64,000 nt of DNA from a virus (taxonomy: Duplodnaviria; Caudoviricetes). Both the position numbers and the translations under genes were made by a program. The notes under the pieces were generated by a model. It was not told the origin of the DNA, did not search any database, and saw nothing but the letters and a program-made list of their open reading frames with translations. Position 1 is the stretch's first letter, and every line of letters begins with the position of its first letter. The stretch is from IMG/VR virus record IMGVR_UViG_2912874417_000004, positions 1-64,000 of that record; one strand, given 5' to 3'. This document shows, piece by piece, positions 10,598 through 18,792 of the stretch.

Positions 10598-11772
10598 TCG
10601 CTCACCTCTTCGCGTGAGTCGTCGATAATCGTTAGGTCGACACTGTCTATGAAGTCGTAATATCCGCTGATGTATCGGAACTTGCCGTCATCAATTTCTT
10701 TTATCTGCTCTTCGTAACTGTCGCCGAAAAGTCTACTTTCATACTGGTAATAGCTCTCTTCGTACTTTCCGCGAACAACGTCGCCTACACGAACCTCAGT
10801 CGGCTGCGGAGCGTTCAAGTATTCGTCTGGCACCTTCAATCCCAACGCACGTCTTAGCGCAATCGCCTTTCCGATGTGAACGTTGAAGCAGTCGTCCGGT
10901 GCGGCTTTTGCTCGGCCAACATGGCGCGGGGCCTTATCGTTAAGCCGTCTAACCAGAGCCGTCACTTTTCGTTCTTTTGAATCCACTATAAATTCAACGT
11001 AATAAACCTTTCCTTGGTAAGTCTCGTTCCCTTTCGATGAGTCAATGCCCGTATGATAGAATCCGTGCTCCCTTAGACCCTCAACATCCGCCTTCGCCTG
11101 CTCAACGATTTCATCACGGCGGGCTTGTGCTCGATCTTTAATCTCCTCCTGTCCCCTCTTAGCGACTTTCTTCATTTCCTCGTTGTGGAGAAACGCAGTA
11201 TATTCAATTGTCTGCGGAATAACGAGGACATCTTTTCGTTCGTTTGCGTAGGCTTTTACGAATGCTTCCGAATATGGTGCCCCGATTAGAATATCGCTGA
11301 ACCTCGACTTGCTTCCGATATAATCCTCGCCTACCTTTTCGAATACTGTGCTCGCACTATCAATAGCCGTTTGATTTACGTTTTCCATTCCGTCAGCCTC
11401 CTCGTTTTCAACTTCGTTATTGACGATGACTTCGTATTCCCGTCGTAATAGGCTCACAGAATGTTCTTCGACGAGAATGTGTCCGTACTCATCTGCGGTT
11501 TTCACGTTGTTAATATCGCCATTTTTATATGGGCATCCCGTATACGCATACGCCCCCGTAATCAACACGCGCTCACCAACTTTGGCCGGGCGCTTTTCTG
11601 TAATGATGAGTTCACCGTCTTCTCTGAGCACGGAATAGTAGCCGTAACATACTGCACCTAGTGCAACGGAGTTTTCGTAATAAACTTCGAATATCTGTCC
11701 AAGCTTATCCGCATACCACGCTCCCTCTATAGATGCCTTCTTAATCCGTACATACTTTTTCGTTTCAGCCAT
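10594..11772 (-). CDS. Conserved Bacillus phage hypothetical protein
   Basis: Start MAETKK follows RBS GGGAGGG; contains GRAKAAPDDCFNVHIGKAIALRRALG. Confidence 0.7.
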   Translation of the reverse strand: MAETKKYVRIKKASIEGAWYADKLGQIFEVYYENSVALGAVCYGYYSVLREDGELIITEKRPAKVGERVLITGAYAYTGCPYKNGDINNVKTADEYGHILVEEHSVSLLRREYEVIVNNEVENEEADGMENVNQTAIDSASTVFEKVGEDYIGSKSRFSDILIGAPYSEAFVKAYANERKDVLVIPQTIEYTAFLHNEEMKKVAKRGQEEIKDRAQARRDEIVEQAKADVEGLREHGFYHTGIDSSKGNETYQGKVYYVEFIVDSKERKVTALVRRLNDKAPRHVGRAKAAPDDCFNVHIGKAIALRRALGLKVPDEYLNAPQPTEVRVGDVVRGKYEESYYQYESRLFGDSYEEQIKEIDDGKFRYISGYYDFIDSVDLTIIDDSREEVSE

Positions 11773-11867
11773 TTCGCAATCCCTCCCGAAATTTTTATAA
11801 AAATACGAACACACATTCTTATTTATGTGGTACAATATACCTAAGTTACCGAAAGGAGGTTCGATTC

Positions 11868-11963
11868 ATGAAAATATCAACCGAAGATAAAGTAGTTATC
11901 GCTCTTACAGCGGCATTTGTTTTCGCATTCAGAAAGCCTATTTTCGCTCTTCTTGGACGCTAA
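11868..11963 (+). CDS. 31-aa hydrophobic peptide, candidate type I toxin
   Basis: MKISTEDKVVIALTAAFVFAFRKPIFALLGR; RBS AAAGGAGGT; extended -10 TGgTACAAT (11828-11836); 3' hairpin at 11952-11978. Confidence 0.6.
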   Translation: MKISTEDKVVIALTAAFVFAFRKPIFALLGR

Positions 11964-11989
11964 TTCTTGGCGTCCAGGCGCCGGGCGCA

Positions 11990-12361
11990 CTAGAACCACG
12001 CATCATCCACGCCGCTCTTCTCATCTCCTCCACTCTCAATTAAATTAATTTGATCCTCAATTTCCTCAATAAATCCCTCTAAAGCTTCTTCATTAATCAT
12101 TACTTGTCCATCCTGGACTTTGACGATTTCTTTCATTCGGTCATCCATATTTCTAAATTCTTCTGCTTGCTGCACAGTAAACATTGCTCTGTATTTCTTT
12201 ATGTATAAAAGAAAATCTTTAAGTACTCCGATCTCCCCAATTTTGTGGAGATTAAAATCTTCTTGTTCCACTTCCAGCCGAAGTAAAGTTGCTTCCTTTT
12301 CTAAAACATCAATTTCAAGCTGTTCTTTCTTTGACAACAATTCTCGCTCTTTTTGTTGCAA
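11990..12361 (-). CDS. Hypothetical coiled-coil phage protein
   Basis: RBS AGGAGGTGA with TTG start. Confidence 0.65.
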   Translation of the reverse strand: MQQKERELLSKKEQLEIDVLEKEATLLRLEVEQEDFNLHKIGEIGVLKDFLLYIKKYRAMFTVQQAEEFRNMDDRMKEIVKVQDGQVMINEEALEGFIEEIEDQINLIESGGDEKSGVDDAWF

Positions 12362-12420
12362 TTAATCACCTCCTTATAAGGATTCAATATGTATTCACAA
12401 GGTGAATGTGGATCATGTCT

Positions 12421-12786
12421 TTAAACTGATTCATACTTTAAATGCTTGTTTTTCTTTTTGCTAATTTTATATTCGGCAATCTTCAGTGATTCAAGAGTCC
12501 ATCCATTATTGTTTAAGCTTCCGAAAAGTGTGTTCAATAATTGGAGCTCTTGTTTTAAGCTTCTTCGCTTTCTCAATATCTTTTGACCTTTTAACGAAAG
12601 GTGATATCCCTCTGAAGCATTAAATTTGTCCTCTTCTAGCTTGTGATAAAATTCATTGAGCTCTTTATCCACTTTCCCTAGCTCTTTATAAAGGTTATCA
12701 ATTTCATTTTGAAGTCGTTGTTTAGTCTCTTCAATTGCAACAAGAGGTTTGGAAATGGAAACAAGATAATCTGTTGCAGTTTTCAT
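12421..12786 (-). CDS. Hypothetical coiled-coil phage protein
   Basis: ORF directly downstream of an early promoter. Confidence 0.65.
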   Translation of the reverse strand: MKTATDYLVSISKPLVAIEETKQRLQNEIDNLYKELGKVDKELNEFYHKLEEDKFNASEGYHLSLKGQKILRKRRSLKQELQLLNTLFGSLNNNGWTLESLKIAEYKISKKKNKHLKYESV

Positions 12787-12860
12787 ATCGTCACTCCTAT
12801 TTATTATTTTATTTTTATCCTAAAAGTATGTAAAAAAAGACAAGCTTTTAACTTGTCTTT

Positions 12861-12912
12861 ATCTTATCATTCAACTTCTGAAAAGTCTATAACTATTTTA
12901 TTTTTATTCTAA
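12861..12912 (-). promoter_or_regulatory. SigA-type early promoter with SPbeta repeated element
   Basis: TTAGAATAAAAATAAAATAGTTA-TAGACT-17 bp-TAAGAT. Confidence 0.75.
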
Positions 12913-12914
12913 AA

Positions 12915-13421
12915 TTATTTTGAGTAAGTCACAAATGAATAATTAAATGTGGTATTGTTGTCTGCTTTCCTGTGATCCTTTTCAATTACTCTCCAGTCAT
13001 CATTTAACCTGGGAAAATATGAATCTGCCTTTTCAGCAACTGAATCAACAATCGTCAAATAAACCTTATCAGCATGTGGTAAGAATGCCTCGTATATAGC
13101 ACCTCCTCCAATGACCATTGCTTCTTCATCTTTATCCATTTGTCCTCGCATAAGCTTTAATACATCGTTAACCGAATGATAAACAAATGAAGACTGATCA
13201 GGCTTGAAATCCTTATTTTTAGTCAATATGATATTCCTTCGGTTCTGAAGTGACTTTCCTGTAATGTTTACGATTGATTCGTATGTAAGCCTTCCCTGTA
13301 TACACAACTTTCCTGTAGTGAGTTCTTTAAAACGTTTCAAGTCTTCAGGAATATGGTAAAGCAAATTATTTTCATACCCAATAGCCATTGATTTATCGCA
13401 GCAAGCAATAAGAGATAGCAT
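12915..13421 (-). CDS. dfrA: Dihydrofolate reductase
   Basis: IGYENNLLYHIPEDLKRFK, GRLTYESI, RRNIIL and IGGGAIY DHFR motifs; coupled to thyA. Confidence 0.93.
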   Translation of the reverse strand: MLSLIACCDKSMAIGYENNLLYHIPEDLKRFKELTTGKLCIQGRLTYESIVNITGKSLQNRRNIILTKNKDFKPDQSSFVYHSVNDVLKLMRGQMDKDEEAMVIGGGAIYEAFLPHADKVYLTIVDSVAEKADSYFPRLNDDWRVIEKDHRKADNNTTFNYSFVTYSK

Positions 13422-14260
13422 TATACTGCTACCTCAAAGTAAAGCTTGTCTCCATGCTTATAATTAACCAATCTGAAATCATCAATTGTGAAATCATAAA
13501 AGTCTTTTACATCTGGATTAATCCATAACTCAGGTGCTTCATGCTGCTCTCTGTCCATTTGAATTTTCAAATTGTCTATATGACGAGTGTATACATGACA
13601 GTCTCCGATATTGAAGATGTACTCACCTAGCTCATAGCCAGTAACTTGAGCAATCATACGTTGCAATACATTGTACTGAAACACATTAAACGGATTTCCG
13701 AGCGCGAGATCACTGCTGCGACAGAAAACTTCTAAATGCAACTTCCCGCCTTTTATAAGCCATTGAGTACCATAGACACAGGGAGTCAATGCCATCGAGT
13801 CTAATTCATCAGGATTCCAAAGCGTTGTAATATGTCTGCGTGATGATGGATTATTTTTCAACTGATGAATAAGATAGTCAACCTGGTCAACTTTCTCACC
13901 GTTTAGTATTCTGTTCTTCTTGCCAAGCTGATATCCATATGCTTTGCCGATTGTACCATCTTCTTGTTTCCATTGATCCCAGATGTGTACACCCATCTTG
14001 TTTAATTCGTTCACATTATTTGATTTAAGCTGCCAGATCCAAAGCAATTCCTTGATTGCTGTTTTCCAGGCGACTTTTTTAGTCGTTAAAATCGGTACTT
14101 CGGAATTGTCAAACCTCATTTGCTTACTGATTACACTTAGTGTATGTGCTGGTGCCCCATCTGTATCCCATTTTGTTCTGACATCGAATTCTTCGTCGGA
14201 TACTCCATTATTAATTATGTCATTTATGATTGTGTTGTACTGTTTATCAAATTGAGTCAT
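13421..14260 (-). CDS. thyA: Thymidylate synthase (ThyA/ThyP3 type)
   Basis: PILTTKKVAWK, SRRH, MALTPC, RSSDLALGNPFN and DCHVY motifs. Confidence 0.97.
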   Translation of the reverse strand: MTQFDKQYNTIINDIINNGVSDEEFDVRTKWDTDGAPAHTLSVISKQMRFDNSEVPILTTKKVAWKTAIKELLWIWQLKSNNVNELNKMGVHIWDQWKQEDGTIGKAYGYQLGKKNRILNGEKVDQVDYLIHQLKNNPSSRRHITTLWNPDELDSMALTPCVYGTQWLIKGGKLHLEVFCRSSDLALGNPFNVFQYNVLQRMIAQVTGYELGEYIFNIGDCHVYTRHIDNLKIQMDREQHEAPELWINPDVKDFYDFTIDDFRLVNYKHGDKLYFEVAV

Positions 14261-14274
14261 ATTTCTATTCTCCT

Positions 14275-14577
14275 TTATCTAAACCAACTGATAATAAAGT
14301 TAATCACGAAGACAATATTACCGCAAACAAACAACATGTACACGAACTTGTTTTGTTTATTGTTTGAGTCACCGTCCAAAACATCAAGAATTTTAAACAT
14401 TGTTAAACCGGTATAAATTAAAGCAAAAGCTGTCCAAGCTAACATTAGCAAGTTACCGTGTGTAATCAGTCCAATAGTAGCCAAGGGGATAATGAACGAA
14501 ATCCCCTTGAACAATGTTATAACATACACTAAGTTCTTATTTTTCTTCAGATCTTTATACGGTGATTTAGAAAGCAT
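14275..14577 (-). CDS. Membrane protein; the frame is open back to ~14690
   Basis: Three hydrophobic segments, plus an upstream in-frame hydrophobic extension with no canonical start. Confidence 0.55.
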   Translation of the reverse strand: MLSKSPYKDLKKNKNLVYVITLFKGISFIIPLATIGLITHGNLLMLAWTAFALIYTGLTMFKILDVLDGDSNNKQNKFVYMLFVCGNIVFVINFIISWFR

Positions 14578-14750
14578 ATGCTTAACTTTAGCGTAAACGT
14601 TCTGTTCTCCTCGTGAAGTGAGTATAATTTCATTAATATTTAATGCAAATAAGTATGCTGCAAGTATTAACGTAAAGTATGTAATTACAATACATCTCCT
14701 TATTTTATTTTTTAGAGCAGAGGAATTAAATCCAACTGCTCTGGTTAAGT

Positions 14751-14933
14751 TTATCGATAGATTGGGCCGTAGCAGTTTCTATGACACCATTCAGCATTAC
14801 CATGAGTTTGGTACATACATTGTTGAAAACATCGTTCAGCACTATTCAAGTAAGCAATGTATGGTGGAAATTGTGGCAAGTAATTCAAAGTATACAGCGA
14901 CGGTGTGTACCATATTGGATATTGTCTAAACAC
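14751..14933 (-). CDS. 60-aa Tyr/Pro-rich peptide with four C-terminal Cys
   Basis: RBS GGAGG with GTG start; CFQQC...WCHRNC. Confidence 0.6.
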   Translation of the reverse strand: MFRQYPIWYTPSLYTLNYLPQFPPYIAYLNSAERCFQQCMYQTHGNAEWCHRNCYGPIYR

Positions 14934-15035
14934 ATTAAGACCTCCAGTTGTTCAAAGTATTCAATGTATTGTATTTAAGCTCACACCCAACCGATACTTG
15001 TCACTGTTTATATAGGCTTGTTTAAAGTTTAAATA

Positions 15036-15335
15036 TCAATCAAACAACTCTCCCGCCCTCTTCATGTCATTGATTTCCTCACTTACACTTTCTTTGATTG
15101 CGTGAGGTAACTGATCAATTCCCCGTTGTATTCTTTTCTGACCTGTATTTCTTATATGTAAAGTTAATTCTTTAAACCCTTCCATTGATTCATCTGAAAT
15201 TAAATCAAACTGATGTTGAATCTTAGCTAATAAGCTTATGTATTCTTCTTCATCTTCACTGAATAATTTTAGGCCATTTTTAAGGTTGTCTATTTCTTTT
15301 AGATGGTTTTTTATTTTCTTTATGTGATTATTCAT
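15036..15335 (-). CDS. Hypothetical phage protein
   Basis: 99-aa helical ORF coupled to the upstream gene. Confidence 0.6.
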   Translation of the reverse strand: MNNHIKKIKNHLKEIDNLKNGLKLFSEDEEEYISLLAKIQHQFDLISDESMEGFKELTLHIRNTGQKRIQRGIDQLPHAIKESVSEEINDMKRAGELFD

Positions 15336-15642
15336 ATTTCTTCACATACTCTTTGAAAACATCGGCGATTTTATGAGTATTGTGGAATACAGTTTGCCCT
15401 AATGAAGTGGCATGAGAATAAAGAGGGTGATTATCAATATTTTTAATTTCTTCTTGTAAACAATCAAGAAGGATTCTTTCTGTTTTCACTGACACTTGTT
15501 CTAACAGCCAACTGTTCCCGTTGTCCATAGAAAGCTGAATTCTTATTTCTGGCGGCAAGTTCTTAAATGCATTAATAAAGTCGTCAACCTTATATTGATC
15601 AGTCGGATTTAGCCTTGTTTTAATTGAAATTTTCATTTTCAA
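15328..15642 (-). CDS. Hypothetical phage protein
   Basis: RBS AAGGAGA. Confidence 0.6.
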   Translation of the reverse strand: MKMKISIKTRLNPTDQYKVDDFINAFKNLPPEIRIQLSMDNGNSWLLEQVSVKTERILLDCLQEEIKNIDNHPLYSHATSLGQTVFHNTHKIADVFKEYVKKYE

Positions 15643-16057
15643 ATCTCCTTTTTGTTTTAATTTGATTCTAATAAACTCAAAAAATTAACTGCTGCAACTC
15701 TATACCTTTGGTCTTCTTCATAAGCTGCAACTTGTTTCATATGCTCCAAAAACACATCTTCAAGCCCATGTTTTTGAATAAATCCTAAACACAGACCATT
15801 CCTGAAGAGCATGTCGTCATATTTTGCTTGCAAATCTTTATAATTGTTATTGTTTATCGTCTTTTTCCTCCTTATTGTTTAGATAAAAGTCTTCTTTTAT
15901 AGAGATGTACATTCCATCAACACCCCTGTTTTTAAAACCTTTTCATGAAACAACCGCTTTGTTGGGCATAATTGTCGAGCTTTTTGAGTATTTTAAGTTG
16001 TACCCTGGCTGAGACCCTCCACTGGACAAACATCATGATCTAAGCCAGGGGTTTAAA

Positions 16058-16672
16058 CTAATAAATAATATCAGCCACGTATTTAGACCAAGATTCTAAA
16101 CGATTAAATACTACTGGATTATCAAAATCTTGTTCATTTAACCAAAAGCCTTTTAATTGATCTGTTTCTCTTACTGATACCTCTGTATTTTCAGGCAGTT
16201 TAACAATAATCATTATGCCTAAATGAACTTTCCCCACTTCATTTAAGTCATCGTTTATCAACCCCACAACTTCTAAATTTAAATTAGAAGTTGAGATAAA
16301 CAACTCTTCTGAAAGCTCTCTCCTTAAGTTCTCATCAATAGCTTCCCAAAAATTTGTTGCTTCAGTTAAATTCATGTGCCCGCCAACTCCAAGTGATAAT
16401 TGGTCATGAAGCCTCTTTTCCCCGCCTTTTCTTAAGCGCTCGTATGCAAATACTTGGTCTCCTTTTTGTAAAATGGCATAGGGGATTGGTTGCTTACAGC
16501 TTTGATCCCTCTCAGCATCTCCCCTCCTCATAGTGATCATATTCTCAGCAATGTTTTTAATTATTTGATCAATTGCATTTGGATCAGCTTCAATCCCTTG
16601 AAAGTCCAGCTTTCCTTTATCAAATACTTTATCTCTAGGTGCTACAACAATTACTTCATCCATTTTCCCCAT
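16058..16672 (-). CDS. ymaB: YmaB-like Nudix-fold hydrolase
   Basis: MGKMDE...RRGDAE...KQPIPY...GGEKRLH...GGHMN...RELSEEL...INDD...VGKVHLG matches my recollection of B. subtilis YmaB. Confidence 0.82.
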   Translation of the reverse strand: MGKMDEVIVVAPRDKVFDKGKLDFQGIEADPNAIDQIIKNIAENMITMRRGDAERDQSCKQPIPYAILQKGDQVFAYERLRKGGEKRLHDQLSLGVGGHMNLTEATNFWEAIDENLRRELSEELFISTSNLNLEVVGLINDDLNEVGKVHLGIMIIVKLPENTEVSVRETDQLKGFWLNEQDFDNPVVFNRLESWSKYVADIIY

Positions 16673-16718
16673 TTAATATTCTCCTTTTGTTTTTTAATTT
16701 ATTTTGTCTAACAATATT

Positions 16719-17087
16719 TTAATTGTAGAGTTTAAGATTTCTCACCCATTCAGGAAGCTGTTCAGGTGTCTTAATGCCGTAGTTAATACAAGTCAGAGTA
16801 TTAGGCTCAAGTTGTGTATAACCTTTATCTCTAATAACAGTATATCCTCCTGCATGTTCTAACTCTTCAAGTTTGTATTGGGGGCATTTTAAGATGATTT
16901 TCTTTTGTTCTTTCATATATTCATCTAGGCTTTTAATTTCTCTTCCTTCACTTAATGGCTTGACTGCTTTGTGATATACATAGCTCATTACTGCATGCCC
17001 AACCTGCCCAGCCAACTTCCCTTTGCTGATTTTGATATCCTCGTTAACTAAAATATACATTCTATAATCTCTAATATTTAACCTCAT
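16719..17087 (-). CDS. Peptidyl-tRNA hydrolase, PTH2 family
   Basis: KGKLAGQVGHA, KKIILK and IRDKGYTQLEPNTLTC PTH2 motifs. Confidence 0.85.
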   Translation of the reverse strand: MRLNIRDYRMYILVNEDIKISKGKLAGQVGHAVMSYVYHKAVKPLSEGREIKSLDEYMKEQKKIILKCPQYKLEELEHAGGYTVIRDKGYTQLEPNTLTCINYGIKTPEQLPEWVRNLKLYN

Positions 17088-17302
17088 TTATTGATCCTTT
17101 CTGAACGATTTCCCACTGTTCCAAATTCAAACTCTTTACTGTATGAGGAGATACTTCATCACACCATATGACTGGTGTACCGGTGTTGTCTGCATTATCT
17201 CCATAAACTGTGTAATTGCAATTGGTTTCAAAATGCCAATCACCTTTTAGGCACTTAAGTGTGTCACCAATCTTAATTAAAGACTTTTGCTCTTCTGTGA
17301 TT

Positions 17303-17545
17303 TTAAACAACCTCCCTCACTAACTTATCAAGCTCATCAGGCTTAAAGCCAATGCTCCGCTTTACTTCTTCTCCTTGCTCATTAAGCAAGATAGTTACCG
17401 GTACACCCATTACCTCATATTGCGCTGCCACTTCTGGTTTCTGTGTTACATCAACTGTCTCATATTCGACTCCTGCTTTATTTAAGTAATTGGATACCAT
17501 TTTGCAAGGATTGCAATTCGGTTGCTCTAATTTAATCAGTCTCAT
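17303..17545 (-). CDS. yosR: Thioredoxin/NrdH-like redoxin
   Basis: CNPC active site and GVPVT; directly after nrdF. Confidence 0.9.
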   Translation of the reverse strand: MRLIKLEQPNCNPCKMVSNYLNKAGVEYETVDVTQKPEVAAQYEVMGVPVTILLNEQGEEVKRSIGFKPDELDKLVREVV

Positions 17546-18540
17546 GAAATAACTCCTTTGTTAATGAAAATGAAATCTGAATCCTTTAATGGCTCCACCG
17601 TTGCTTTTTTGTACCCATTCCCTTTTTGGCTAAAGAAGTCATGCGACTTAGTTTTAGTGCTCAATCCATTAATAACGATTGGATTAACATCCTCTTCTTC
17701 AAACCAATAATCAAATCCCAGGTTGTTTAAAGCTTTATTCGCATTGTATCTGATGAATTTCTTTACATCTGGAGCTAAACCAACCTGATCATAAACATCT
17801 TCTGTATACTCCAATTCATTTTCATAAAGCTCTTGTAGCAAGCATAAAGCCCATTCATACAGTTCTTTTTGCTTCTGAGGCGTTTGTTTCTTATATATCT
17901 CTTGAGCTAACAATCCGATGTAAACGCCGTGTATCGCTTCGTCACGGATAATCAAATTCACAATTTCCCCGCTCTGCATGAGCTTCCCTTGTCCATAAAA
18001 GTAAAGTGGATAATAAAACCCTGAGTAAAATAAGAAACTCTCCAAAAACACGGATGCTACCATCGCTTTGAACAGTGAAATTTCATCGTTTTTCTCAACT
18101 GCTTTATAAATTGAAACAATTGTTCTTGCTTTCTTTTGAAGAAACCTATTGTTTTTAACCCATTCAAAGACTTCATTGATCTGCTCGGTTGGAGCTAATG
18201 TAAGAAAGATGTTGCTGTAAGACTTCGCATGGACAGCGTTCTCCATCATCGCCATAAAGTTCAGCACCGCTTTCCGCTGATGGCCTTCGACGTGCTCGGC
18301 CACAATCGGCATGCCCGTGTTCCCCTGCTCTGTATCAAGCAGTGTCAGGCCGGCGAGCACCTTCATGTACGTATCCTGCTCATTTTTACCCAAATACTTC
18401 CAAGTGAGAAGATCGCCGTTTAATGCGATCTCTTCCGGAAGCCAAAACTGCTTTACGTTTTGGTTGTAAAACATTTGGGTGAAATCATCTTCATGCTTTG
18501 ACCAGTCGGCCGCCGTATGGATTTCGTTTGAGTTCGTCAA
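17542..18540 (-). CDS. nrdF: Class Ib ribonucleotide reductase beta subunit, uninterrupted
   Basis: [30 protein letters not shown] and DEAIHG motifs. Confidence 0.97.
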   Translation of the reverse strand: MTNSNEIHTAADWSKHEDDFTQMFYNQNVKQFWLPEEIALNGDLLTWKYLGKNEQDTYMKVLAGLTLLDTEQGNTGMPIVAEHVEGHQRKAVLNFMAMMENAVHAKSYSNIFLTLAPTEQINEVFEWVKNNRFLQKKARTIVSIYKAVEKNDEISLFKAMVASVFLESFLFYSGFYYPLYFYGQGKLMQSGEIVNLIIRDEAIHGVYIGLLAQEIYKKQTPQKQKELYEWALCLLQELYENELEYTEDVYDQVGLAPDVKKFIRYNANKALNNLGFDYWFEEEDVNPIVINGLSTKTKSHDFFSQKGNGYKKATVEPLKDSDFIFINKGVIS

Positions 18541-18792
18541 TTATTCGTCCTCCTTTCCCCGTTTGCCTTTATGCTTAACTACACCCAACACTTCCGATGT
18601 CTTGATCTCGTCCCGGTATCCTAATAAGCAGTTCAGTATCGGGAAGTCTTTATGGCGAACTTCGAGGTACCCACCTTCATACGCTTGAATAACTTTCGCA
18701 TTAATTAATGTACCCCCGAAGTAGTAGATAATTATGTCTCCACGTCGTATACTCTTCTGTCTCTCCTCACTTAAACCGCGCATGACAAACAC
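18541..18792 (-). CDS. Small protein inserted between nrdE and nrdF
   Basis: ORF overlaps the nrdE end and abuts the nrdF start. Confidence 0.6.
   Translation of the reverse strand: MFVMRGLSEERQKSIRRGDIIIYYFGGTLINAKVIQAYEGGYLEVRHKDFPILNCLLGYRDEIKTSEVLGVVKHKGKRGKEDE

Noticed and set aside
16003-16050. CCCTGGCT...AGCCAGGG stem as a possible tRNA or ncRNA
   Set aside because: There is no cloverleaf, T-loop or CCA. It lies in what looks like a degraded reading frame.
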